NCBI GenBank assembly: GCA_963727525.1
Contig: CAVSGO010000007.1
Coordinates: 1,376,001-1,440,000 of the forward strand
Direction: 5' to 3'
DNA: 64,000 nucleotides
DNA from: an uncultured bacterium
GTDB taxonomy: Bacteria; Krumholzibacteriota; Krumholzibacteriia; LZORAL124-64-63
How positions within the stretch are numbered: the first letter of the stretch is position 1; every line of letters starts with the position of its first letter. Positions 41,585-52,588 of the stretch are shown in pieces. Made by a program: the position numbers and the translations under genes. The notes beneath the pieces are model-generated. The model was not told the origin of the DNA. It was given only the letters and a program-made list of their open reading frames with translations, and searched no databases.

Positions 41585-43426
41585 TCAGTCGAGAGGGAAT
41601 TCCTGGCGCCAGTCGTCCGGATCGTCCCACGCCGGCTGGCGCGATCTTAGCAGAACATGATGGCCCATGACCAGCGTGTCCATCTCCGTGCGCATGAAGC
41701 AGCGGTAGGCGTCCTCGGGGGTGCACACGATGGGCTCGCCGCGCACGTTGAAGCTGGTGTTGATGATCACGGGAAAGCCGGTGAGCGCCGCGAACTCGCT
41801 GATGATACGGTGGTAGCGCGGGTTGGTGTCGGCGTGCACCGTCTGGATGCGGGCCGACCGGTCCACGTGGGTGACGGCCGGGATATCCGAGCGCACCTGG
41901 TTGACGATGGTGACCACGTCGTCGGCCTTGCCTGTGGACGCGGCGGGGCGATCGGTCGGAAAGCAGCGCTCGCGCGCCACCGGGGCGACCAGGAGCATGT
42001 ACGGCGAGTCATGGTCCAGCTCGAAGCACTCGCGGCAACGCTCGGCCAGCACCGACGGTGCGAAAGGCCGGAACGACTCGCGGTACTTGATCTTGAGGTT
42101 GAGCTGCGACTGCATGGCCGGCGAGCGCGCATCGCCGACGATCGAGCGATTGCCCAACGCGCGCGGCCCGAACTCCATGCGCCCGCCGAAGAGCCCGATG
42201 ACCTCCTGGCCGGCGATGCGCCGGGCGACGTCGCGCTCGAGCTCGCCGTCGGAAAGGGTGTCGTAGGGCAGGTCGAGATGGTCGAGCCAGGCCGCGATGT
42301 CGGCGTCGCTGAACTCGGGGCCCAGATACGTGCCCTCCATGCGGTCCTGGCCGTCGAGCACCCGCGGGCCGTCCTCGAGCATATGCCAGGCGTAGAGAGC
42401 GGTGCCCACGGCGCCGCCGGCGTCGCCGCTGGCCGGCTGGATCCACAGGTCGGTGAACGGGCCCTCCCGCAGCACCCGTCCGTTGGCCACGCAGTTCAGG
42501 GCCACACCACCGGCGAGGCAGAGATTCGACTCGCCCGTCACCGCGTGGGCATGGCGCGCCATGCGCAGCACCACCTCCTCGGTGACCTCCTGGATCGACC
42601 GGGCCATATCCATCTCCCGCCGCGTGATCACGCTCTCGGGCTGCCGCGGCGGCCCGCCGAAGAGGCGGGCAAAGCGCTCGTTCGTCATCGTGAGGCCATC
42701 GACATAGCCGAAGTAGTCGAGGTTGAGGCGGAAGCTGCCGTCGCTGCGCAGGTCGAGCAGCTCGTCGCGGATCTGCGTCACGTAGCGCGGCTCGCCGTAC
42801 GGCGCCAGGCCCATGAGCTTGTACTCGCCGCTGTTCACGCGAAAGCCCGTGAAGTAGGTGAAGGCCGAGTACAGCAGACCGAGGGAGTGCGGGAAGTGGA
42901 TCTCCTCGAGAATGCGCAGGCGATTGTCGCGGCCTGCGCCCAGGCTCGAGGTGGCCCACTCGCCGACACCGTCGAGCGTGAGGATGGCCGCCCGGTCGAA
43001 CGGCGAGGCGAAGAACGCGCTCGCCGCATGGGCCTCGTGGTGCTCGGTGAAGAGGATCTTGCCGGGCTTGCCCGCGCCCGCGCGCTGGAGTTCGCGTTCG
43101 ATCTCGGCCGGGATCCACAGCTTCTCGCGCAGCCACACGGGCATGGCCTGCAGGAAGGGGCGCATCCCGCGCGGCGCCACGCCGAAGGCCGTCTCGAGGA
43201 TGCGTACGAACTTCGTGAGCGGCTTGTCGTAGAAGACCACCGCGTCGATTCCGCCCGCGGCCACGCCGGCCTCGGCCAGGCAGTAGCGCACGGCGTGACG
43301 GGGAAAACCGGCGTCGTGCTTGCGGCGCGAGAAGCGTTCCTCCTGGGCGGCGGCGACGATGCGACCATCGCGCACCAGGCAGGCCGCACTGTCGTGATAG
43401 AAGGCGCTGATGCCCAGGATGGTCAT
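41585..43426 (-). CDS. Carbamoyltransferase (NodU/CmcH family)
   Basis: ILGISAFYHDSAA, EERFSRRKH, EHHEAHAAS, GEYKLMGLAPYG, AGGVALNC, EFGPRALGNRS, NTSFNVRGEP. Confidence 0.95.
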   Translation of the reverse strand: MTILGISAFYHDSAACLVRDGRIVAAAQEERFSRRKHDAGFPRHAVRYCLAEAGVAAGGIDAVVFYDKPLTKFVRILETAFGVAPRGMRPFLQAMPVWLREKLWIPAEIERELQRAGAGKPGKILFTEHHEAHAASAFFASPFDRAAILTLDGVGEWATSSLGAGRDNRLRILEEIHFPHSLGLLYSAFTYFTGFRVNSGEYKLMGLAPYGEPRYVTQIRDELLDLRSDGSFRLNLDYFGYVDGLTMTNERFARLFGGPPRQPESVITRREMDMARSIQEVTEEVVLRMARHAHAVTGESNLCLAGGVALNCVANGRVLREGPFTDLWIQPASGDAGGAVGTALYAWHMLEDGPRVLDGQDRMEGTYLGPEFSDADIAAWLDHLDLPYDTLSDGELERDVARRIAGQEVIGLFGGRMEFGPRALGNRSIVGDARSPAMQSQLNLKIKYRESFRPFAPSVLAERCRECFELDHDSPYMLLVAPVARERCFPTDRPAASTGKADDVVTIVNQVRSDIPAVTHVDRSARIQTVHADTNPRYHRIISEFAALTGFPVIINTSFNVRGEPIVCTPEDAYRCFMRTEMDTLVMGHHVLLRSRQPAWDDPDDWRQEFPLD

Positions 43427-43968
43427 CGCGGCGCCTCCAGCTCGGCGAGCAACGCCGGCTCCACGCCCGCGCCCTCGGCACGCCCCAGGGTTCGTGCCGC
43501 GCGATCCTCCTCGATGAATTGCCGCGCACAGCTCTCCGATGTGGCCCCACGCCGGCGCGGGATCCACGCCGTCAAGCCGGGCGCGAGTGGCCGGCGCTGC
43601 AGCGGGTCGAGGCCGCGCAGGCGCACGACCAGCGCCGACGGCACGACGACGATGACGAACAGGGGCACCAGGAGCAGCCAGGTCAGCACCAAGCCGACGC
43701 CGCGTCCGAAGCCGCGCGTCAACCGGCGAACCGGACGCAGCCACAGAGGCCGCCACAGTCCGACCAGGGCCTGCAGGGCGCCCAGAAGCACGAGCACGTT
43801 GCCGAGGGTGACGTGGCCGAGGAGGTGACGCATCACGACGCCCAGGCCGAGCGTCACGAAGCCCTGCAGCAGGCCCTCGCGTCGCAGACGAGCCAGGGCG
43901 CGCGCGCGTTCGGCGTCGACAGAACGCTCGCGCCAGTTCCAGATGCTCCTGCCCGCCGTAGACGTCAC
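43423..43968 (-). CDS. SxtJ-like membrane protein
   Basis: TM helices followed by a GLDPL.R...W..R...RQF tail; overlaps the carbamoyltransferase start. Confidence 0.7.
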   Translation of the reverse strand: MTSTAGRSIWNWRERSVDAERARALARLRREGLLQGFVTLGLGVVMRHLLGHVTLGNVLVLLGALQALVGLWRPLWLRPVRRLTRGFGRGVGLVLTWLLLVPLFVIVVVPSALVVRLRGLDPLQRRPLAPGLTAWIPRRRGATSESCARQFIEEDRAARTLGRAEGAGVEPALLAELEAPR

Positions 43969-44097
43969 CGCGTCATGAACTCGCTTGGTAGAGTATCCCG
44001 CCTGAAAGAAAGAGCGGGCTTCCCCGCTCGAACTCGGCTAATTTGAGCCGCGGTCTTAGTATCGCCCTGGCCCCGGAAAAAGGCAAGAGCACCGGCC

Positions 44098-45258
44098 GTG
44101 CCGTCCGCACCGTCCCCAGCCTCGACCACGCGTCCCCTGCGCCGCGGCCTGCGGGCCCTCGGCTTCATGATCCGCCTCGGCCTCGCGGTGGTCGTCACCC
44201 TGGCCGCCCTCGAGATCGGAGTGCGCCTCCTCGCGCCGGTCGACCGTTTCGAGTACATCCCCAACACTTTCGATCCGGTCTGCCAGATCCGGCAGGAGCC
44301 CCATGCGCGCGGCTTCATCATCTGCCCCGAGTACCGCATGGAGATCCGCACCAACGGCGGCGGGCTGCGCGAGAACCGCGAGATCCCGTACGCCAAGCCG
44401 GCGGGGCAAACCCGGATCCTCTGCCTGGGTGACTCGTTCACCAGCGGCTTCGGCGTGACGCGCGCCGAGACCTTCGCCGGCCTCATCGAGAACGATCTCG
44501 ATGCCGACGTCGACAGCGCGCTCGTCATCGACGCCGGCGTGGCCGGCACCGGTACGGCCCAGCAGCTCGCCTGGTTCGACCTCGAGGGTCGCCGTTACGA
44601 TCCCGACCTCGTGCTGCTCACCCCCTGCGCCAACGACTTTGCCGACAACACGGCGAGCGCCCTCTTCACCCTCGCCGCCGACAGCACGCTCGTCCAGCAT
44701 CCCGCGGTCCAGAGCCGGACGCTCCAGGTCCTGCGCTGGCTGCGGCGCGTGCCGGGCTACACCACATTCTTTGCCCGGTCCCACCTGCTCAACGCCATCA
44801 AGCAGGGTTTCGCCCGCTGGTACCACGAACGTCTCGCCGCGCGCGCGTCCGGCGAGGCGCCGTCGGATGCCGTGCTCACCCATGAGGACAAGCTGACAGA
44901 CGCGCTCCTGCTGCGCCTGCGGGAGCGTTGCGAGCAGCAGGGCGCCGCCCTGGTCGTGATGCCGGTGCCGGCCCTGCCCGGCAGCCGTCCGGCAGAGCAG
45001 CAGGTGGACACGCTCTATCGATTCCTCGCGCAACAGGGCTTCGCCGTGGTGGATCTGCGCGCGGCCTTCGCCGAGGCGCGGGGCCGCGGCGAGGCACTGG
45101 AATATCCGGTCGACGGTCACTGGACACCGGCGGGTCACCGCCTGGCCGCCGCCGAGTTCCTCGCATCTTGTACGACGACCTTGGCCGCCACGCGAGATCG
45201 TGCTACGGTGCCATCGATTCCTGAAGGCCATCACAAGACGAAGGAGCGACCGCGATGA
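44098..45258 (+). CDS. SGNH/GDSL hydrolase family protein, membrane-anchored
   Basis: CLGDSFTSG, AGVAG, AND, DGHWTPAGH. Confidence 0.88.
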   Translation: MPSAPSPASTTRPLRRGLRALGFMIRLGLAVVVTLAALEIGVRLLAPVDRFEYIPNTFDPVCQIRQEPHARGFIICPEYRMEIRTNGGGLRENREIPYAKPAGQTRILCLGDSFTSGFGVTRAETFAGLIENDLDADVDSALVIDAGVAGTGTAQQLAWFDLEGRRYDPDLVLLTPCANDFADNTASALFTLAADSTLVQHPAVQSRTLQVLRWLRRVPGYTTFFARSHLLNAIKQGFARWYHERLAARASGEAPSDAVLTHEDKLTDALLLRLRERCEQQGAALVVMPVPALPGSRPAEQQVDTLYRFLAQQGFAVVDLRAAFAEARGRGEALEYPVDGHWTPAGHRLAAAEFLASCTTTLAATRDRATVPSIPEGHHKTKERPR

Positions 45259-45626
45259 CCCAACCCCCCTGCTTCGCCATCACCTTCCGCGAGGAACCGT
45301 CGCGGCACGCGCTGGTCTGCGCCCTCGGCGGCAAGCTCATCGGGCGTCCAGACTGCTACGCGTTCTTGCAAGACACACGCCGGCACATCGAAGCGGGTCT
45401 GATCAACGTCATCATCGACTTCTCGGATATCCAGCGCATCGACAGCACGGGCGTCGGCATCCTGGCGTCGATCTACACGAGCGCCAACCGGCGCAGCGGC
45501 CGGGTCTTCATCGTCAATCCCGATGCCCGGGCTCAGGAAGTGATGACCGTGATGCGGCTCTTCGACTTCCTCGAGCCGGCCACTTCGGTCGACGACGCGC
45601 TGGCGCGCGCCCAACCCGGGATCTAG
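45255..45626 (+). CDS. STAS-domain anti-sigma-factor antagonist
   Basis: VIIDFSDIQRIDSTGVGIL. Confidence 0.88.
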   Translation: MTQPPCFAITFREEPSRHALVCALGGKLIGRPDCYAFLQDTRRHIEAGLINVIIDFSDIQRIDSTGVGILASIYTSANRRSGRVFIVNPDARAQEVMTVMRLFDFLEPATSVDDALARAQPGI

Positions 45627-47212
45627 GGCGACGAGGCGCCGGGCTCGGCCGCGTCTTCGGTTGTCTCGCCGCGCGCGTCGTCGTACAGCGACGTGCGCTG
45701 ATCGGGCCGCCGGCGGTAGAGCCATGTGAGATGCCCGAGATGGTTGCGGGCCGGGCTGGTGAACGCGTGGTCCTGCATGCGCCAGCTCCAGTTCCCGCCC
45801 GCGGCGCCCGGCCGGTTCATGCGCCCCTCCTGCCCGAGTCCGAGCACGTCCTGCAGCGGGATCATGCACGTATGCGCCACCGATTGCATGGCGAGACGGA
45901 TGAACGTCCAGTGCGGCTCCTCGTGCACCTGGCCGCCCACGTAGTCGCGCACGGCGCGGCGGGTGTCTTCGTCGGCGGCATCGTGCCACCAGGCCACAGT
46001 GGGGTCGTTGTCGTGCGTGCCCGTGTAGACGATGCAGTTGGACGGGTAATTGTGCGGCTGGAAGGGGCTCTTCGGCCCGCTCCAGGCGAATTGCAGCACC
46101 TTCATCCCGGGTAGCGCGAAGGTGTCGCGCAGATCCTCCACCGACTCGGTGATTACGCCGAGATCCTCGGCCACGATGGGGAGCCCGCCGAGCTGGCGCT
46201 GCAGCGCCGCGAAGAAGTCGGAGCCCGGCCCGGCGACCCAGCGGCCGGACACCGCCGTCGGCGCCGACGCGGGAATCTCCCAGTAGGCGTCGAAGCCGCG
46301 GAAGTGGTCGATGCGCACGACGTCGGTCTGACGCAGGCAGGCCGACACGCGCTTCACCCACCAGGCGTAGTCCTCGTCGGCCATGGCGCGCCAGTCGTAC
46401 AGCGGATTGCCCCAGAGCTGGCCCGTGGCACTGAAGTAGTCGGGCGGCACGCCGGCCACCACCGTGGGCCGTCCCTGCGGATCGAGGTGGAAGAGATCCG
46501 GACGCGCCCACACGTCGCAAGAATCGTGGGCCACGAAGATGGGCAGATCGCCCAGCAGACGGATGTCGTGCGCGGCGCAATAGGCGCGCAACTCCTGCCA
46601 CTGGCGGTGGAAGAGCCACTGCCGGAAAGCGTGGGCGTCGATACGGTCGTCGAGGCGGGTGCGCGCCTCCGCGAGCGCGGCCCGGTCGCGCTTGGCCAGC
46701 ACCGGCGGCCACTCCACCCAGGGCTTGCCGCCCTGGTCCTCCTTCAAGGCCACGAAGAGGGTGAAATCGGCGAGCCACTCGCCCTCCTCCCGCACCCACC
46801 TCTGCCAGGCGTGGCGGTCGTCGGCGCTCGCGTCCGCGGCGAAGCGGCGCCACGCGAGGTCGAGCTTGGCGTTCTTCCAGGGGATCACTCGCCCGAAGTC
46901 GACGCGGTCGGGCTCGCCGCCCGGCGTATCGCTCAGATCGTCGGCCTCGAGCCAGCCCGTCGCCACGAGGGCGTCGAGGCTGATGAGCAACGGGTTGCCG
47001 GCCAGGGCAGACAGGGTCTGGTACGGCGAATCGCCGAAGCTCGTGGGCCCCAGCGGCAGCACCTGCCACACGCTCTGCCCCGCCTCCTGCAGCCAGTCGG
47101 CGAAGCGGCGCGCCGCCGCCCCGAGATCGCCGATGCCCTGCCCCCCCGGCAAACTCGTGGGGTGCAGGATGATGCCGCTGCTGCGGGGAAAAAGGTCGCG
47201 CGTATCCGTCAT
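45623..47212 (-). CDS. malQ: 4-alpha-glucanotransferase (GH77)
   Basis: HPTSLPG, WQVLPLGP, GVPPDYFS, RIDHFRG, AEDLG, YTGTHDN, MNRPG. Confidence 0.96.
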   Translation of the reverse strand: MTDTRDLFPRSSGIILHPTSLPGGQGIGDLGAAARRFADWLQEAGQSVWQVLPLGPTSFGDSPYQTLSALAGNPLLISLDALVATGWLEADDLSDTPGGEPDRVDFGRVIPWKNAKLDLAWRRFAADASADDRHAWQRWVREEGEWLADFTLFVALKEDQGGKPWVEWPPVLAKRDRAALAEARTRLDDRIDAHAFRQWLFHRQWQELRAYCAAHDIRLLGDLPIFVAHDSCDVWARPDLFHLDPQGRPTVVAGVPPDYFSATGQLWGNPLYDWRAMADEDYAWWVKRVSACLRQTDVVRIDHFRGFDAYWEIPASAPTAVSGRWVAGPGSDFFAALQRQLGGLPIVAEDLGVITESVEDLRDTFALPGMKVLQFAWSGPKSPFQPHNYPSNCIVYTGTHDNDPTVAWWHDAADEDTRRAVRDYVGGQVHEEPHWTFIRLAMQSVAHTCMIPLQDVLGLGQEGRMNRPGAAGGNWSWRMQDHAFTSPARNHLGHLTWLYRRRPDQRTSLYDDARGETTEDAAEPGASSP

Positions 47213-47401
47213 CGTCCATCCCATCGCCGTCGGTTCAGCCCGGAGCAACCCCTACCGGGCTCCCTGGCACCATACCTACCGCAAGCACGGACAGATGGCC
47301 AGTGGAACCGCGCGAGGCGAGCCCATGACCGCCGACCCCTCTTTTGCTGGTCGCCTTCCCTAGCAAGGTCGATGCGCTGTTCAGGCCGGGATACCTCGGA
47401 T

Positions 47402-47941
47402 CTAGCTGCGACCCAGGCTGCGCCACAGCGCCAGCAAGAAGAGCCCCAGTGTGAGACCCATGCCGGCATGGATGACACCATACACGCCGTAGCGCAAAGG
47501 CGAAGCGCCGCCGAGGAAGGCAGCGTCGACGGTGGCGAGGTCGGTCTGGCCGTGGCGCACGGCGAGGAGGATGTGGTAGCCCTTCACGAGTTGCAGGGCG
47601 ACGGTGGCGGCGGTGAAGGGGAGGTAGCCGCGGACGAGCGCCTGCAATCCCCACGCCGGCACCTCGGCGCTGCCCGTGCGCCACGCCAGGCCCAGTGCGC
47701 TGGCGAGGACCAGCGGTAATATCACCGCCATCACGAAGATGTGGCCGTGGACGAGGGCGAGCGTGATGATGGACTCGAGGTGCAGGCCGGCACCCGCGGC
47801 CGCGAACGGTAGCTTGCGCGCCGACTCCTGGAACGAGATGCCCACCAGCAGGCCGATCACGGCCATCACGATGGCGTAGCGGATCAGCGTGCGCAACGGC
47901 GCACGGTAAGCTTCGGGCAGGCGGTCGCGATCAGCGGACAT
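47402..47941 (-). CDS. DUF2871-like membrane protein
   Basis: Four TM helices with LVHGH and a conserved C-terminal His (GVIHAG). Confidence 0.6.
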   Translation of the reverse strand: MSADRDRLPEAYRAPLRTLIRYAIVMAVIGLLVGISFQESARKLPFAAAGAGLHLESIITLALVHGHIFVMAVILPLVLASALGLAWRTGSAEVPAWGLQALVRGYLPFTAATVALQLVKGYHILLAVRHGQTDLATVDAAFLGGASPLRYGVYGVIHAGMGLTLGLFLLALWRSLGRS

Positions 47942-47998
47942 TGGCGCAGCTCCCGGGGGACCGAGGGATCGTGTTCAGAGCTGCGCCAATGTATCACG

Positions 47999-49150
47999 CT
48001 ACGAGCGCGCGTGCCAGGCGGCGAGCAGTTCCGCCTCGCGCTCCGGCTTCAGGCCAGCGCGCGCCAGACCGAAGCGTTCCTGGTCCGCGGCCGACAGTGT
48101 GGCCCACCAGTCGAGGGCGTCGCGCACCGTCTCGCTGAGAGGGCGGAAGCGCATACCGGCGCCGAGCGCCCGGCCGACCTCCACGAAGGGCTGGCCGCCG
48201 TCCTCGCTGTCGAGGGGGATCCACACGGGCATGTCGGTCCAGGCCGAGACGCCGTGCTCTTTCAGGAAGTCGGCGCTGACCCAGGTGAAGGTGGCGTCGC
48301 TCCCCGACACCGCCTTGCAGGTATCCATGATCTCGCCCATCGTCATCTCGTTGGGCGGCGACGTGGCGTTGAAGGTGCCGTTGATGTTCTGCTCCGCGCA
48401 GTGGACGATGAAGTCGCCGAGGTCGCGCACGTCGATGATCTCCGTGGGCACCTGGGGGCTGTCGGGCGCCAGCACCTCACCACCCTTGCTCACGCGCACG
48501 GGCCAGTAGGTGAAGCGGCCACTGCGGTCGCGAGGGCCGACGATCAGGCCGGGTCGGATGGCGCAGGTCCGGTCCGGCATGATCTTCGCGGCGGCCTGCT
48601 CGCACAGCGCCTTCAGAGGACCGTAGTTGGCGCCGGTGATGTCGCGCACGGAACTGACCGCGGCCACCTCGTCCGGGGTGATCGTACCCACCGGTGATGA
48701 TTCGTCGATGCCGCGCCGGCTGAAATCCGCGTACACGGAGATCGAGGAGATGATGATGTACTGCTTCACGTGGTCGGCGAGGAGGCCTGCGGAAGCCTCC
48801 ACCACCCGCGGGTAATATGCGCTCGTATCCACCACCACGTCCCAGTCGCGGCCGCTGAGCGCGGCGATGTCGCCGTCGCGGTCGCCCCGCAACTTCTCGA
48901 GATCGGGGAACAGATCGGCGTTGGTCTTGCCGCGGTTGAAGAGCGTGACGTGGTGTCCGCGGCGGCGGGCCGTCTCCACGACGGCGGGGCCGAGGAAGGC
49001 CGTGCCGCCGAGGATCAGGAAGCGCAGGTGGTGGTCGGCGCGGGTGTGGACGAAGTCGGCGCGGGCGCGCGTCGACAGCAGCGGGCCGGCGGCTGCGGCC
49101 GCGCCGGCGGCGACGGCCGTCTTGAGAAAGTCGCGTCGGTTCCAGGTCAT
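47999..49150 (-). CDS. NAD-dependent epimerase/dehydratase (extended SDR) with a Tat signal peptide
   Basis: NRRDFLK twin-arginine motif; ILGGTAFLG, YGPLK, RPGLIVGP. Confidence 0.9.
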   Translation of the reverse strand: MTWNRRDFLKTAVAAGAAAAAGPLLSTRARADFVHTRADHHLRFLILGGTAFLGPAVVETARRRGHHVTLFNRGKTNADLFPDLEKLRGDRDGDIAALSGRDWDVVVDTSAYYPRVVEASAGLLADHVKQYIIISSISVYADFSRRGIDESSPVGTITPDEVAAVSSVRDITGANYGPLKALCEQAAAKIMPDRTCAIRPGLIVGPRDRSGRFTYWPVRVSKGGEVLAPDSPQVPTEIIDVRDLGDFIVHCAEQNINGTFNATSPPNEMTMGEIMDTCKAVSGSDATFTWVSADFLKEHGVSAWTDMPVWIPLDSEDGGQPFVEVGRALGAGMRFRPLSETVRDALDWWATLSAADQERFGLARAGLKPEREAELLAAWHARS

Positions 49151-49199
49151 GATCTCTCTCCCGTATCGAGGGTCGGCGCCGTGACGTCAGACGGCGATG

Positions 49200-51057
49200 T
49201 TACGCGTCGAGACGCGCGACGGTTTCCGTCAATCCCGGCAACGGCGGCGGCGCGCCGGGGATGGTCGGATCGATCGCTGCCGCCGCCCCCAGCAGCGCGC
49301 GCAGATGGCGCACGCCGGTCGGCATGGCGTCGCGATACTGGCGCTTGCCGCGCACGTGCGTGAGGAAGCCGAACGCCCCCAGCGCCTGCATCACGCGCTG
49401 CAGCCCCGCCGTCACGCACCACGCGCGCCAGGTGGCCGCGTCGGGCGCGGGGTATCCTCGTTGCTGCAATCGCCGGGGATGGCCGGCGGCGAGGTGTTCG
49501 CGCAGGTCGTCGGGCAGAGCGACGTAGCTGTCGCGCAGCAACGCCATCACATCGTACGCGAGCGGCCCCAGGCGCATACCCTGCACGTCGACCAGGCGAA
49601 TCGTGCCATCTTGCACAAGGATGTTCTGCGCCTGGTAGTCGCGGTGCACCAGCACTTGCGGCTGGGCCAGGGCGGCGCTGGCGAGGGCCTCGAACTCGGC
49701 GTCGAGATAGGCGACTGCAGACTCCCCCAGGCCGGCGTGGCCGATGAGGAAGCGCGCCCGGAAATAATCGGTCTCCCAGCGGAGATAGGAATGGTCGAAG
49801 ACACGGTCGCTGCAGCATGGGCAATCATTGCGCGCCGCCGTCCCGCGCGTCTGGAGATCGGCCAGGACGTCGAGCGCTCGCCCATAGACCTCGGCGCGGT
49901 CTTGCGGGCGCGAGCGCGCGATGGCCACCAGCGTGTCGTCGCCAAGATCCTCGCTCACGAGCACGCCCTGCGCCTCGTCGACGGCCAGCACCGCCGCGGC
50001 GCCCAGGTCGTGCGCGTGCAGGAAGCGCGCGACCGCCGCGCTGCGCCGGATCTCGTCGCTCCCTGGCTCGTCGCGCATGACCATGGCGCGGCGATCAAGG
50101 TCGACGATGCGCCAGAAACGGCGCGGCGAACCGTGGCCGGTGAGCGGCACCACGCGACTGTGCGGCGCGAAGCCCAGGGCGCGCACTGGTGCCGGCGCCA
50201 GCGCGAGGTTCTGGTCCTCGTCCACCTGCCAGTCCGGGCCGAGCACGGCGCGTTCGGCCTGTGCGTTCGCCGGCACGGCCGCGCCCGGTAGCACGACGCA
50301 AGCCCGCAGACGCGCACCCGCGGCGACCTGCGCGCTCTCTCCGCAACTGACGAAATCCGGTCCGAGCGCGGCGGCATGGGCGTCGAGATAGCGGGTGAGC
50401 GTGCCCAGATCCATCCAGGCGCCGACATGGACCAAGCCCCGGACACGCGCAGGATCGCGCTGCATGGCGCTCACGAGGGCCGCCACGAGATCCGATGGTC
50501 CCGCAGGCACGAGATCGAGGAAGGCACGCGCGAGTGCGGCCACGCCCGTGTAGGTGAGAGAGCGATCGTCGCCGCACGCCGGCACGTCGCACCGTCCGGC
50601 GATGCCGCGTATCGTGCCGTCCGCACCGAGGACGACGGTGTTTACCTGTGGCCAGTCCGTGAGCACGAGCGTCGCCAGCGCACCGCTTTGGCGATGGGTC
50701 GCCAGGAGCGCCGACACGTCGATGTCGCTGGCCACGTCGCCGTTGGAGAGCAGGATGGTGTCGGCAGCGGCGAGATGCACGCGCGCGCCCGCGAGGGCGC
50801 CGCCCGTGCCGAGGATCTGCGGCTCGCGGCTCACGACGAGGCGGGGGTCATCGCGCGCCGCCACGTGCTCCGCCACCTGGTCGGCGAGATGATGCGCGTT
50901 CACGACGCAGCGCGCGCAGCCCGCGGCGAGGAGCGCATCGACCGCGCGGTCGAGCAGGGTGCGGCCCAGCAACGGCAACAGCGGCTTGGGCAGGTGGGCC
51001 GTGAGTGGCCACAGGCGCGCGCCGTGACCGGCGGCGAGCACCAGACCGTGCACGCGC

Positions 51058-51065
<8 letters not shown>
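49200..51065 (-). CDS. Nucleotidyltransferase-phosphotransferase fusion (MurU-like + AmgK-like)
   Basis: N-terminal half: LAAGHGARLWPLT..PKPLL, NAHHL, LGTGG, NGDV, WMDLGT. C-terminal half: HGSPRRFWR, EDLGD, HRDYQAQN, LVDVQG, YDVMALL, ALGAF. Confidence 0.85.
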
Positions 51066-52239
<1,174 letters not shown>

Positions 52240-52258
52240 GGTGGGTCTCCTGCGGCGA

Positions 52259-52279
52259 GGCCGAGCGCCCGGCTCAGCC
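52259..52279 (-). promoter_or_regulatory. Candidate bacterial SECIS element
   Basis: GGCUGAGC-CGGGC-GCUCGGCC: 8-bp stem with one G-U pair, G at loop position 2, and 29 nt between the UGA and the loop. Confidence 0.6.
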
Positions 52280-52588
52280 GAAATAATCAATCTTGCAGCC
52301 TCAGCCGTCCCACATGCGTTCGTAGGCGGCGAGGCGCTCGCGGACGAAGTTGCGCCCGGCCGCGCCGTCGGCGAGCGGCCGGATCACGCGCTCGCCCGGT
52401 CGGGGGCACTCCACGGCCGCCCAGCTCGCGTCGTCGCGTACGATGAGCAACGGACCGGCGAGGCCGGTGTCATGCGTGGCCGCCACCGGGAACGACGCCG
52501 CCAGCGCCTGCCACTGCGCCTCGGCAAGACGCACGATCTCCCCACGCCCGAGGCGCCGGCGCACCGTGGCCAGCGTGGGCGCGCTCAT
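52274..52588 (-). CDS. Putative small selenoprotein (104 aa; Sec at the UGA 52301-52303, U-G-C motif)
   Basis: The ORF from ATG 52588 reads ...RERLAAYERMWDG-TGA-GGC TGC AAG ATT GAT TAT TTC GGC-TGA, with a stem-loop downstream of the first UGA. The CDS itself is well supported; readthrough is inferred. Confidence 0.75.

Noticed and set aside
41408-45258. Saxitoxin biosynthesis cluster
   Set aside because: Only sxtI/J/K-like and SGNH genes are present; there is no sxtA, sxtG or sxtB, and this module is widespread.
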